Virus record (IMG/VR): IMGVR_UViG_3300035200_000037
Coordinates: 1 to 26,703 of that record
Length of the DNA stretch: 26,703 bases
Strand: one strand, 5' to 3'
From: a virus
Lineage: Duplodnaviria; Caudoviricetes
Every line of letters begins with the position of its first letter. Position 1 is the stretch's first letter. Shown piece after piece: positions 15,217 to 24,813 of this stretch. The position numbers and the translations under genes were made by a program. Under the pieces are notes generated by a model, which made no database searches, had not been told where the DNA came from, and worked only from the letters and a program-made list of their open reading frames with translations.

Positions 15217-16862
15217 TGAACCCCGACCGCATCTGGAAAGCCACCCGGAAGCATATTGCTGACGAGGACAAGATTCGTCGCACCCGACCGTTGATCCGGC
15301 TGTGGAACGCCGAGTGGCAGCTACAGCATGTTGTCGGTGACGAGTATTCGGCTGAGTTTGCGTTCATCTCAAACGACACCGGGCCGGGACGGTTGGAGTT
15401 ACCAGCCACTTCTCACGCCGCCCAGTGGATACACGACTACGAGGGGCGGCTGGCGAGCGGTGAAGGGCGCGGGGTGTTCATCACCGTGGACTACTGCGGT
15501 GCCCGATGGTCGGGGTCGTTAGACAAGTACAGCCTTGAACAGCGGTCTGACGGTGATATGGCGTTGGTGTGTGACTGGCTCCATGACTATGAAACCCTCA
15601 AGTGGTATCAGCTGTGGAGCAATCCGTGGCTTCCTGCGCTGTTCCAGATGCCGAGGGCGTGGGTGTCGGCTGGCCCTGTGCCGTGGATACTGAAACTGGC
15701 TCTCCTGGTGAACATCGTTCGTGAGCACAACCCGATCATCACTTGGCCGGATGACCCACTAGACCTCAACTCTTGGTTCAACACCCTGGACTGTTCACAG
15801 TGGCCCGTCGTTGTGAAGCCCCAATCGTTCCTAGAAGCCGCGCAGTCCGGGGTGACGTGGGGTGTTCTCATCTCGCGTTGGGCGACGTGGCATGACGCAG
15901 CCCACATCATGTTGGAGGATGCGGAACTGTCGGTGCGGTGTGACCGCTGGCTTCCGGGTGACCCGGAGCCGTGGCCGGGAGCCAACCTCCGTGCTGGGGC
16001 TTTGGTGATTGACATTGTGGACAAGTCCGGTGTCTACATTGGTACGTCACATGGAGGCACCATCTTCGATGGGTTGATTCGGACGGCAGCAGAGTTCACC
16101 GATGACTTCATGGAGTCCAGCCTGACAATAGTTGCTGACGCTGACACTCCCACCGACTACTGGACTGTCGGGCACCGTTACACAGACAAAGCGAAACCGT
16201 ATGTGGTGTTCCAAGAAGGCGACAACTCACCCATTGAAACCGCGTCGTGGATCAACAGCCCAGCCAAGGGTGTGCAGATCAACGTGGGTGGTCACTCCAT
16301 GCCGGGGGTCAATGAGGCGATCAGTGCCTCCATCCAGGCATCGTTCGATATTCTCGGGTCACTAGCGCAGATCGGTTCACTTGGCGGCACCGTTGATACT
16401 TTGCTGAAACCGCTGTACGAGGACACCGTGCTGGCGTGGCACTCGACCAAGCTGCATCTTCGGGCACAGAACCAGGGCTGGTCGCGGCTGTTTGAGTATT
16501 TCCAGGGCGGCGCAGATAAGGCGTACACCATCGCAAGTTTGATGGTGTTGCGTGCTGGGGCGTGGGCCACCAAGACCACCATTTCGTGGAAGGTGGAAGT
16601 GTCGAACGCCCGACCGTTCATGGTGGGTGACCGGGGAGTCGGGCACGTATTCCTAGACGACAGAGTGGGTTTGAGGCTCAAAGGTGACCCCCGTATCCAC
16701 ATGGACCGCTGCCGGAAGATTGACCTAGCCTGGGATGACGGCAACTACCCGGAGTGGACGATGACGATTGGGGACGAGAGAGTGTTCCAAGACCCAGCCC
16801 AGCGTGCGTGGGGCAAGATTGAACAACTGGTGTCCGGGCTGCGTGACCTGGGGGTATGGTGA
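15216..16862 (+). CDS. Minor tail protein (baseplate hub/Tal-like)
   Basis: 'PLIRLWN', 'NDTG', 'GARWSG', 'WSNPWLP', 'GGHSMPGVNE', 'GHVFLDDRVG' mycobacteriophage minor tail motifs. Confidence 0.88.
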   Translation: MNPDRIWKATRKHIADEDKIRRTRPLIRLWNAEWQLQHVVGDEYSAEFAFISNDTGPGRLELPATSHAAQWIHDYEGRLASGEGRGVFITVDYCGARWSGSLDKYSLEQRSDGDMALVCDWLHDYETLKWYQLWSNPWLPALFQMPRAWVSAGPVPWILKLALLVNIVREHNPIITWPDDPLDLNSWFNTLDCSQWPVVVKPQSFLEAAQSGVTWGVLISRWATWHDAAHIMLEDAELSVRCDRWLPGDPEPWPGANLRAGALVIDIVDKSGVYIGTSHGGTIFDGLIRTAAEFTDDFMESSLTIVADADTPTDYWTVGHRYTDKAKPYVVFQEGDNSPIETASWINSPAKGVQINVGGHSMPGVNEAISASIQASFDILGSLAQIGSLGGTVDTLLKPLYEDTVLAWHSTKLHLRAQNQGWSRLFEYFQGGADKAYTIASLMVLRAGAWATKTTISWKVEVSNARPFMVGDRGVGHVFLDDRVGLRLKGDPRIHMDRCRKIDLAWDDGNYPEWTMTIGDERVFQDPAQRAWGKIEQLVSGLRDLGVW

Positions 16863-17209
16863 CGTTCCCTCTGCGTGAGAACTGCAACCCGAACAACCCG
16901 GATGAGGCGTTCCTGTGGATGCTGGTTGCCCTTCCGTACCAGGAGGGCGGTCAACTGGTGATGCCCATTCCCTACTTGAAGATGGTGTCACGCCGTCTGT
17001 GGGAGTGCGGTGCCCGTCCTGTGGAGTCACCGACCATCCGGTATGAGCCGCCAACTGGTGTTGAACCCAACTGGATGACCGCCCCCGGCACTTGGGTTCC
17101 TGCTGATACTCCACCGCTGCCCAGGTTCACCGCGAAAGATGTGGTCAAGGGGCTGAACTCGCAGCAGAAAGCTGAAATGGTGGAGGCGTTGCTGGGTGAT
17201 GACCAATGA
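16856..17209 (+). CDS. Minor tail-region protein (DUF2744-like)
   Basis: 'FPLRENCNPNNPDEAFLWMLVALP', 'SRRLWECG', 'PGTWV' and conserved position after the hub gene. Confidence 0.78.
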   Translation: MVTFPLRENCNPNNPDEAFLWMLVALPYQEGGQLVMPIPYLKMVSRRLWECGARPVESPTIRYEPPTGVEPNWMTAPGTWVPADTPPLPRFTAKDVVKGLNSQQKAEMVEALLGDDQ

Positions 17210-18729
17210 CAACACCTGACAAGGGCGTACCGCCGATCTTCGGTGCTATCACCAACCAGGGTTTGTCCATGTGGGCTGCGTTGACGCAAGAGCAGTGGAT
17301 TGAACTCATGCGTGAGGACATGCGGGAACACATCGACCCGTTGACCGGGTTCTTCGATGGGGTGAACAAAGGGCTCGCTGACCTGGGTGAACTCATCAAG
17401 GGCATCATTGAGGTCTTGGGTGGTGACGGGTCTGGTGTCACTGCCGCTGTGAAGGCGTTGCAGAAACTTGTCGGGTGGATCGCAGAGATCGCTTCCACGC
17501 TGCAAGAGTTGTTAGACGGCATTGCCGGGGTTGCCGGGGCTACGGTCGGTCAGGCTGTTGCCCTCATCGCCGGGATCATCCGAGAGTTTTGGGCTTTCAT
17601 ACACGGACTGGTCGGCGGTAACGGCACGGTCGCGCAAGCTATTGCGCTTATCAACGGGTTGAAGTCAACGCTGCAAGAGTTCATTGACGGTTTGGCTGGC
17701 ACCGCCAACGCCACCGTCGCCGCCGCTATTGCCGCGCTGAACAAACTCAAGGCTGACGTGCTGGCTGTTGTTGGCAACTTCCAATCGTTCCTCGACGGTT
17801 TGGCTGGCACCGCCAACGCCACTGTTGCTGCTGCGTTGGCGGCGTTGAACAAGGTCAAAACCGATCTGCAATCGTTGATTGACGGTATCTGGAAGGCGTT
17901 CACCGGGGGCACAAGTATCGGCCATTCGGTGACGGAGGCTGTCACGTCGATCACCAACTGGTTGCTGAACTCGTTTCAGACGTTGGTGGACGGTATTGCT
18001 AACGTGTTCATCCCCGGTGCTGGCCGACCAATCGCTGACGCCATCGCCTCCATCGGCAACATCTTCACCACCGCTTCCAACGCCGATAGTTCAGCGGCTA
18101 ATGCTCACGCCGAAATCGAAGCGATCAAGGCGCAGCAGGCGTCCGGGTTCGCGGACGTGTTCGAGATACCGAACGCACCAGCGTTGCTTGCGCCGTGGGT
18201 TAAGAAGTCAACAATCGCTGACACATACGGCCCGGATGGAAACGGTTCAGCTGTTGGGAAGATGTCAGGTACGGGTCTTGGAATGATCTGGTATGTCAAC
18301 ACCCAATCAGTTCCGGGTGCCGATATTAAGGTGACCGCTACGCTGTCGCGGAATCCGTGGTGGGATTTGTTGGTCAAGTCATCATGGTTCTTGATGGTGC
18401 AAGGCAGCGCCTCTGACTCCACTTGCTACGGCGTGGAGATTAAGAACACAACATGCACGTTCTTCCAGATGGACGCCGCAGGCACAAGAACCACCCTCGG
18501 TGCCGCTGATCGGCAGATCGCCGCCAACGCAGTCGGTGTCCCGTATACGTTGGAGATTAAGGGCACCACGTTGTCTCTGTACCGTAACCACATTTTGCAG
18601 CACAACGCGCCAATCTCTGCGCCGTTATCAGGGCGGCTCATCGGGTTCGGTGGAAGCAAAGTGGCCTACACCAACGTAAACGACAACCCGTTGGCCCAGT
18701 TCGCTGGTATTAGCTGGCAGCCAGCCTAG
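17206..18729 (+). CDS. Minor tail protein: amphipathic helical repeats plus C-terminal beta-sandwich (lectin-like) domain
   Basis: Repeats such as LQEFIDGLAGTANATVAAAIAALN; C-terminal ~190 aa beta-rich ending 'GRLIGFGG'. Confidence 0.75.
   Translation: MTTPDKGVPPIFGAITNQGLSMWAALTQEQWIELMREDMREHIDPLTGFFDGVNKGLADLGELIKGIIEVLGGDGSGVTAAVKALQKLVGWIAEIASTLQELLDGIAGVAGATVGQAVALIAGIIREFWAFIHGLVGGNGTVAQAIALINGLKSTLQEFIDGLAGTANATVAAAIAALNKLKADVLAVVGNFQSFLDGLAGTANATVAAALAALNKVKTDLQSLIDGIWKAFTGGTSIGHSVTEAVTSITNWLLNSFQTLVDGIANVFIPGAGRPIADAIASIGNIFTTASNADSSAANAHAEIEAIKAQQASGFADVFEIPNAPALLAPWVKKSTIADTYGPDGNGSAVGKMSGTGLGMIWYVNTQSVPGADIKVTATLSRNPWWDLLVKSSWFLMVQGSASDSTCYGVEIKNTTCTFFQMDAAGTRTTLGAADRQIAANAVGVPYTLEIKGTTLSLYRNHILQHNAPISAPLSGRLIGFGGSKVAYTNVNDNPLAQFAGISWQPA
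17686..17822 (+). repeat. 29-nt exact intragenic direct repeat
   Basis: GACGGTTTGGCTGGCACCGCCAACGCCAC at 17686-17714 and 17794-17822 (108-nt spacing). Confidence 0.85.
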
Positions 18730-18757
18730 ACTCATAACGCAAACAAGGAGGCCAAAC

Positions 18758-20707
18758 GTGACCCGACCCCGCCAAACGCGGCACGCACCACTACTACATC
18801 AACCGTTGGTGTACTTCGGGGTGACGTTACATCTGGCTCCCATCGTTGCTGACAGCCCGGACGTTGACTATGACCCGGACTACGGAACCATCACCGCTGA
18901 CGTTCGGTTCACCCCCAAGCTGACCGATGGGTCGGTCATCAAGGCCACAACAGCTATTCCCCCAACGGGGTTCATCCCCATGCCCGTTGACGCAATCATC
19001 GACAAGGATGGTCTGCTCAAAATGCGGGTGGACCCGGATGTGAACTCTCCGGGCACCTACGCCCCTGTCCGGTTGTTGGGTAACTCCCCGGCGTTGGGTT
19101 TGGTGGAACCCCTCTGGTACGACTTCACAATCTTCAATGTCCGCATTGATGACAAGCCCTCAACGGTTCGGATTGACGGCGGCAGCTTCCAGGCACCGAA
19201 CGGTGACGCAACGGTTGACCTTCTGTTCCACATGAAGGAAACCGGGCAGACGGCGGTTGCTATCACCCGTATCGCCCCGGATGCGATCCGGCAGGAGGGC
19301 GCGAACCTCATCTTCTCGTTTGATGGTGAGGACATTCCCGATCCGGTTGCGTTGACTGTGGTGAACGGGCCAGCGGGACCGCCCGGACCTGCGGGGCCAC
19401 GCGGCGAGATGGGTCACCAGGGTCCGCAAGGCCCAGCACCGACGATTGCTGTCGGCACGGTTATTGGTGGTGATACGGCTGCTGTGGTCAACAGCGGTAC
19501 ACCGTCTGCTGCTGTTCTGAACTTCACTCTGCCGCGTGGTGCGACTGGTGCTGACGGCAGTCACGGCGCGCAGGGACCGCAAGGCCCAGCCGGAACTATC
19601 ACCATCGGCACCGTCGCCACTGTCGGGTCTGATGAGAGTGCAATCGTCAGGAATGTCGGAACGCCGACTAACGCTGTCCTCGACTTCGATGTTCCTCGCG
19701 GCCCAACCGGGGCTGCTGGCCCAGCGGGTGCTGTTGGACCGAAAGGTGATCCTGGGGCGGGACTGTCCATCACCGGGACGGTGGACACTTACGCCGAGCT
19801 ACCCCAAGACCTGACCGCCGATGATGCGGGTGCAGCGTTCTTTGTGGCGGCTGACGGTCAACTGTATGTGTGGACTGGTACGGCTTGGCCTGCCGATGGT
19901 GCGGGTGCCAACTTCCAAGGCCCCAAGGGTGACACCGGGGCTACCGGACCCGCTGGCGTTGATGGAACGTCGGGCACTGACGGTGTTGACGGTGCTGCCG
20001 CTACGGTTCTGGTTGGCACTGTCACTACCGGGGTTCCTGGTACGGCTGTCGCTATCACGAACAGTGGTACACCCAACGCTGCTGTTCTTGACTTCACCAT
20101 TCCGCAGGGGGCTACGGGGGCGCAAGGGGCTGCGGGAACTCCGGGTAGTCAAGGCCCAGCGGGTACAGCGGCGACGGTCACGGTAGGTACGGTTGCTACC
20201 GGGCCTGCGGGTTCCGCTGTCTCTGTCACGAACAGTGGTGACGCGACTACTGCTGTCTTGAACTTCACCATCCCCAAGGGTGATGCCGGGACAACGGATT
20301 GGGCTGGTATCTCCAACAAGCCGAACTTCGTTGTTGCTGATGGTGCGGGACAAATCTCTGATGTGTCGCTGATCGGGTTTGGCGGTAAGACCGTCCGGGC
20401 TGTCGGGTATGGCGACAACCCTATGGGTATCCGGTTGATGCGTAACGTGGCTTTCACCAACGTCTACTTCCGGTGCGCCACTGCTGATGATGCTGCTGGC
20501 GCGGACCTCATTGTCGAGCTTCGCAAGAACGGTGTAGCTCTTGCTAACTCCCAGGTGACGCTTGCTCAGGCGCAGCAGCTATCGGGTGGTCAAGCGAACG
20601 GTTCCTGGTCGTTTGTGGCGGGAGATGTGTTGACGCTGTACGTGTCTCAGGTGGGGGCTTCTCCGGGTAAGGGGTTGGTTGCTGACGTTCGGGGTAGAAC
20701 AACGTGA
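18758..20707 (+). CDS. Collagen-like tail fibre / minor tail protein
   Basis: AAGGAGG RBS; Gly-X-Y tracts alternating with four 'T.AVGTV....A.V.NSGT...AVL(N/D)FT.P.G' modules; 'GQLYVWTGTAWPADG' module. Confidence 0.85.
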   Translation: MTRPRQTRHAPLLHQPLVYFGVTLHLAPIVADSPDVDYDPDYGTITADVRFTPKLTDGSVIKATTAIPPTGFIPMPVDAIIDKDGLLKMRVDPDVNSPGTYAPVRLLGNSPALGLVEPLWYDFTIFNVRIDDKPSTVRIDGGSFQAPNGDATVDLLFHMKETGQTAVAITRIAPDAIRQEGANLIFSFDGEDIPDPVALTVVNGPAGPPGPAGPRGEMGHQGPQGPAPTIAVGTVIGGDTAAVVNSGTPSAAVLNFTLPRGATGADGSHGAQGPQGPAGTITIGTVATVGSDESAIVRNVGTPTNAVLDFDVPRGPTGAAGPAGAVGPKGDPGAGLSITGTVDTYAELPQDLTADDAGAAFFVAADGQLYVWTGTAWPADGAGANFQGPKGDTGATGPAGVDGTSGTDGVDGAAATVLVGTVTTGVPGTAVAITNSGTPNAAVLDFTIPQGATGAQGAAGTPGSQGPAGTAATVTVGTVATGPAGSAVSVTNSGDATTAVLNFTIPKGDAGTTDWAGISNKPNFVVADGAGQISDVSLIGFGGKTVRAVGYGDNPMGIRLMRNVAFTNVYFRCATADDAAGADLIVELRKNGVALANSQVTLAQAQQLSGGQANGSWSFVAGDVLTLYVSQVGASPGKGLVADVRGRTT

Positions 20708-22503
20708 TCATCACGTCGCAAACCCCTCCGGGTGCTGGCAATAAGGTCAAGACCCGTTCGTCGCAGTCGTGGCCGGGGTTGGCGTATGAGCCGGGGGTTA
20801 GCAAGCCGATCACGGTGCCCCATCAGCCGGGAGACATCCTGGTGTTGTTTGTCTCGGACTACTCGTTCCCGGCAGGAGCAGCGACAATCGCGTCTGGTGC
20901 TGGTGTTCCGGTGTGGAACTTCATCGAAGGTATCGCTGGCGCGGGTGGCACGTTTTGGGCTAGGGCTACGTCATCAGCGCATAGCATCGGCGTGCTTGAT
21001 TGGGGTGGAACGTGGTTTGCCACCGTTGCGGTGTTCGGCGGGTCGGGTGCCGTCAACCCGATTGGCGGTCATATGTATGCCCGTACTTCCGGGCCGGATG
21101 CGGAGGCCCCGGCGATCACACTTGCTGACTCGTCGGGTAACTCACAAATCTTCTCTGCGTTTCACGGCTACGGTGTCCTACCTACGTCGGGTGGTGCGCC
21201 CGGATACACCACCTTGGAATACCGGGCATGGACGGCACCGAACACGTCGCAGCATGGGATTGGTGCGTTCGTGAAGGGTGACACCACATCGGACGGTGCC
21301 GTTGTTGTCGCGCATACGGATGCTGCGTGGCAGTACATCAACGCTTGCACCGTGGAGATTATCGGCGGTGACGGTCCACCCACGTCCACCGTGGACAGTG
21401 ACACGATAGCGACAGACGGCTCGTTCACCCCATCGTGGACTCCACCCGTTCAGCAGCCGCCTACGGAGCCGCCTCCTGTGGTGGACCCGCCCCCGGTTGT
21501 TGACCCCAACCCGACACCAACACCCATCACCATCACGTCGGTTACGAACGCTTCGGGTGTTGCACCGCTCTGGTCTGATCGGCTTTGGTACATCAACGGT
21601 GCCGGATTGGGTTCGGTGAATCTGGTGCGGTACGGGTTCAACCCGTCTAACACGTATGGGGATGCGACGATTCAGTCGGTGACTGCAACCCAGGTGATTG
21701 TGCAGCACAACCTTCCGCTGACAGCGACCTCCACCAGTGCCGCGTTGTACGCCAACTCTGACAGCGGCAGTTCCGGCTGGTTCACCTTCCAGATCACTCC
21801 TGCCCCTGTTGATCCTGGTGGCGGCAATACGGGTGGTACTCCACCACCGGACGTTCCGACTCGTCCCTCACATGATCCTGTGACCACCGAGTTCACCCGA
21901 CCTGGGGTGATGAACGTGACCGCGTACACGATCCCCGATTGGGCTGACGCGATTGACATTGTGGCTATCGGCGGCGGGGGCGGCGGTCAGGGTGGCGGCG
22001 CACTGAACTCATACGGTGAACACGGTGATGCGGGAACGTGGTCGGGCAGGACGTTCATCATCGACTCGTCAACACCCAAGACGCTGCACGTAGCTGTTGG
22101 TTCTGGCGGTGAGGCTGGGCGTGGCCCGTTGAAAGATGTTGGAACTGCTGGGGGTGCATCAGTGGTGTCTAACAGCGCATCTGAAACCCTCATCACAGCT
22201 AGTGGTGGCGCGGAGGGTGGTACTGGCGTGTTGGGTGGGATAGCTGAATCCCCTGCCGTTCCCTCGTTCACCTACAACGGGATCACCTATCCGGGTTCTC
22301 CCGCTATGACCGCGCATGATCCTGCCCCGGCACCGTCTGGTCCCGGCATCGGCGGGGTTGGTGGAGTCGGCAAGGCGGTTGGTGGTGTGGACGGTGGTGC
22401 TGGCGGTCCGGGCAAGGTGTGGATACGGGCCTACCAGTTGGCGGTGCGGTCCACGTCTGCCGGGAACTTCGTCACAGGGCCGGGATCGCCGCTAGGCGGG
22501 TGA
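20704..22503 (+). CDS. Multidomain minor tail protein (Pro-rich linkers, IPT/TIG-like domain, glycine-rich C-terminal domain)
   Basis: 'HQPGDILVLF' N-domain; PPVVDPPPVVDP linker; 'ITSVTNASG...INGAGLGSVNLVRYG'; 'YTIPDWADAIDIVAIGGGGGG...GGAGGPGKVWIRAY'. Confidence 0.72.
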   Translation: MIITSQTPPGAGNKVKTRSSQSWPGLAYEPGVSKPITVPHQPGDILVLFVSDYSFPAGAATIASGAGVPVWNFIEGIAGAGGTFWARATSSAHSIGVLDWGGTWFATVAVFGGSGAVNPIGGHMYARTSGPDAEAPAITLADSSGNSQIFSAFHGYGVLPTSGGAPGYTTLEYRAWTAPNTSQHGIGAFVKGDTTSDGAVVVAHTDAAWQYINACTVEIIGGDGPPTSTVDSDTIATDGSFTPSWTPPVQQPPTEPPPVVDPPPVVDPNPTPTPITITSVTNASGVAPLWSDRLWYINGAGLGSVNLVRYGFNPSNTYGDATIQSVTATQVIVQHNLPLTATSTSAALYANSDSGSSGWFTFQITPAPVDPGGGNTGGTPPPDVPTRPSHDPVTTEFTRPGVMNVTAYTIPDWADAIDIVAIGGGGGGQGGGALNSYGEHGDAGTWSGRTFIIDSSTPKTLHVAVGSGGEAGRGPLKDVGTAGGASVVSNSASETLITASGGAEGGTGVLGGIAESPAVPSFTYNGITYPGSPAMTAHDPAPAPSGPGIGGVGGVGKAVGGVDGGAGGPGKVWIRAYQLAVRSTSAGNFVTGPGSPLGG

Positions 22504-22506
22504 GTT

Positions 22507-23376
22507 ATGGCATCTGAAAACGGCTGGAACCCAGGATGGGTAGGGCAGGACGCCCTACAGTGGGTTGACGTTCCCGGCTGTAGCCCTCGGGTGTCATTGC
22601 AGATTCAGAAGGGTCAACCGCTACAGATACTTCGGGCGTTGGTGGCTGACTACAACGCCTTCATCGAACCCGTTCGTGATGCCGACTGTGCGTGCTACAC
22701 CCCAACGAACTCTGTCGCCACATCAAACCATCTGAACGGTACTGCTGTAGACATTCGGTGGGACTCACACCCGTTCCGGGTTCGGGGCACGTTCACCGCC
22801 GACCAGATGAGAACCATCCGAGAGTTGTTGGAGTTCTACGAGGGAACAGTGTTTTGGGCCGGGGACTGGACTGACCCGATAGACGAGATGCACTGGCAGA
22901 TGGGGTATGACACGTTCAACAACCCCCACACCGCCGACTTCATTCGGCGCAAGATCAGACCGGACGGCTTCTCAACATTCCGGCGCGGTGGCATTGCTGC
23001 ACCCACCCCACCTGTTGACACCGCTGTACTTGCAGGAGCTAGACACGCGGCTGACGGCGGCTACGAATCACGGTCGGGGTATCGGACTCCGGGCGAGGGT
23101 GCGTTGGGTGGGCTTGATGTTTTCGCGGTGTCTGATGACGCGATGATCCACACGATGTTTGTGGAGTGGTCGGCTATCGGTTTGGGTGATGGTGATGCGA
23201 TCTACCGGATTGTGCGGTCGGCTGCAGGGAGGGGTGCAGACACGAATCCTGCGTTTGTTCATCGGGCGCAAGCGGTGTTAGGGAAGGTGCCACGTCAGGC
23301 GTTGGCCGATACGTTGGTGAGGATTGAACGGTCGGAGCCTGAACTGTTACGGGCGTTGACGGCAGGGATGACGTGA
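22507..23376 (+). CDS. lysA: Endolysin (lysin A), M15-type Zn peptidase plus C-terminal domain
   Basis: 'SENGW', 'SNHLNGTAVD', 'WAGDW..PIDEMHWQ' M15 motifs; C-terminal 'SRSGYRTPGEG'. Confidence 0.9.
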   Translation: MASENGWNPGWVGQDALQWVDVPGCSPRVSLQIQKGQPLQILRALVADYNAFIEPVRDADCACYTPTNSVATSNHLNGTAVDIRWDSHPFRVRGTFTADQMRTIRELLEFYEGTVFWAGDWTDPIDEMHWQMGYDTFNNPHTADFIRRKIRPDGFSTFRRGGIAAPTPPVDTAVLAGARHAADGGYESRSGYRTPGEGALGGLDVFAVSDDAMIHTMFVEWSAIGLGDGDAIYRIVRSAAGRGADTNPAFVHRAQAVLGKVPRQALADTLVRIERSEPELLRALTAGMT

Positions 23377-23768
23377 TGGCTAGTGCTTCTACGCGGCGTT
23401 GGTTCTATCTGGTGTCCGGGCTTCTTGCTGCGTTGATACCGATTGGGTTGCAGGTCGGGTTGATTGACACGGGGCAGACAGAGAACCTGACGACCCTTCT
23501 GGTGACTGTTGGTTCCATGTTGGGTGCTGGTGGTGCGTTGACGGCGAGCGCGGTGACTCATAAGCAGATCAAAGAGGGTTTGCATGATCAGCAAGACCCG
23601 ACCGCTCTGGTGCTGAATAACATTCCTCGGGTGTTGGATGAGGCTGCTACCGCCCAAGCGAACGTTGAGAAGATGCGGCAGATCACCGATGAACTGTTCA
23701 AGGGTGGTCAAGCCAGTACGGTTCCGGTGGGGTCGTTGACGCAGCAAGTGTTGGACAAGTTGCACTGA
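23373..23768 (+). CDS. Holin
   Basis: Directly after the lysin; 'RRWFYLV' then two hydrophobic segments; start may be ATG 23376. Confidence 0.75.
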   Translation: MMASASTRRWFYLVSGLLAALIPIGLQVGLIDTGQTENLTTLLVTVGSMLGAGGALTASAVTHKQIKEGLHDQQDPTALVLNNIPRVLDEAATAQANVEKMRQITDELFKGGQASTVPVGSLTQQVLDKLH

Positions 23769-23995
23769 TGGATAGGAGTACGGCCATGCCCCCTGTGGTT
23801 CCGGTGATTGACAGGACGCGCAACTTCCAGGCGTTTGTGGTTGTGGTTCTTGGGTTGGTGTATGCGGTGATCATCTTCCGGCATGAGACTCCACCGCCGA
23901 TGTTGAGTCAGGCGTTTGTTGCAGCGTTGGGTACGTTCGTCGCTGGCCGTGGGTACAGCGCATCACAGAAGGGCAGCAGCCATGAGCAGGCTTGA
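23768..23995 (+). CDS. Small two-TM membrane protein (lysis cassette)
   Basis: TGATG overlap with holin; hydrophobic 'AFVVVVLGLVYAVIIF' and 'AFVAALGTFVAG'. Confidence 0.65.
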   Translation: MDRSTAMPPVVPVIDRTRNFQAFVVVVLGLVYAVIIFRHETPPPMLSQAFVAALGTFVAGRGYSASQKGSSHEQA

Positions 23996-24398
23996 CCGTG
24001 GAATGTATACCGTCCCGATATGGGTGGGGTTGTTCCTGACCGGAATCTATGTGATGACCCATGAACATGTGGTGAGGGCGTTCCCCGAGAGCATGGAGAA
24101 CAAGCTGGCTGCGCTGTTGTTGTTTGGGTCTACGTTGTGTCTGGTTGGTGCGTCGTTGGGTACGCGGTGGGTGATGCCGACTGCGAAGCTGGCTACGTCG
24201 TACTGGTTGGAGATAGTGGGGCTTGTCTGTATTTGTGTGGCGTTGGGTGCGGAGGCTGTCCGTGTTGATCTGACGTTGGCGCAGCAGTTCACTATGGCCG
24301 GGAGTTTGGGTGCGATCTTGCAGATCGGTTCATTGCGGTTCATTGTGATGTTGCTGTTGGCGTTACGTCATGGCCGTCATCCCGCAATAAATGCGTAA
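23982..24398 (+). CDS. Four-TM membrane protein (lysis cassette)
   Basis: Four hydrophobic segments; ATG 23982 (MSRLDRG) with GAAGGG RBS is more plausible than TTG 23916. Confidence 0.68.
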   Translation: MSRLDRGMYTVPIWVGLFLTGIYVMTHEHVVRAFPESMENKLAALLLFGSTLCLVGASLGTRWVMPTAKLATSYWLEIVGLVCICVALGAEAVRVDLTLAQQFTMAGSLGAILQIGSLRFIVMLLLALRHGRHPAINA

Positions 24399-24516
24399 TC
24401 TGTTGTTCCCTACCGTCTTTGGTTGAAGTGCGGTAGAACTGTTGTAACGGCGCGACCTGTCCTCGCGCTAGTAGTCGTCCCTTGCTGTTGTTGTTGTGCG
24501 AAGGGACAGGTTCGCC

Positions 24517-24813
24517 ATGAGACTCATCGCCGCCGCTTGTGTCGCTGCCTCCATGTTGGTGTCTGCCCCTACTGCTTCCGCTGACCCTTTCCTCGTCATC
24601 AACGTGACGGTGGTTGTTGCCCCCTCATACAACCCGACATTGAACCAGTACCAGATAACGAAGGTGACGGTCACGCAGACCAACTACGCACCAAACAACA
24701 CCAACGGTGATGTGACTGTCACTGTTACGAACAACAGACTTACACCGCAGAGTCGTGGTGTGAGGCCGGGGCCTAAAGCTCCGGTCAGGTCAACGAGAGG
24801 ACAGGTTCGTTGA
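24517..24813 (+). CDS. Secreted Thr/Val/Asn-rich small protein
   Basis: Sec-type signal MRLIAAACVAASMLVSAPTASA|DP; mature part has alternating V/T strands; AAGGGACAGG RBS region. Confidence 0.7.
   Translation: MRLIAAACVAASMLVSAPTASADPFLVINVTVVVAPSYNPTLNQYQITKVTVTQTNYAPNNTNGDVTVTVTNNRLTPQSRGVRPGPKAPVRSTRGQVR

Noticed and set aside
17686-20290. Repeats as CRISPR array or diversity-generating retroelement TR/VR
   Set aside because: They are in-frame protein repeats; no spacer pattern, cas genes, reverse transcriptase or adenine-specific mismatches were seen.
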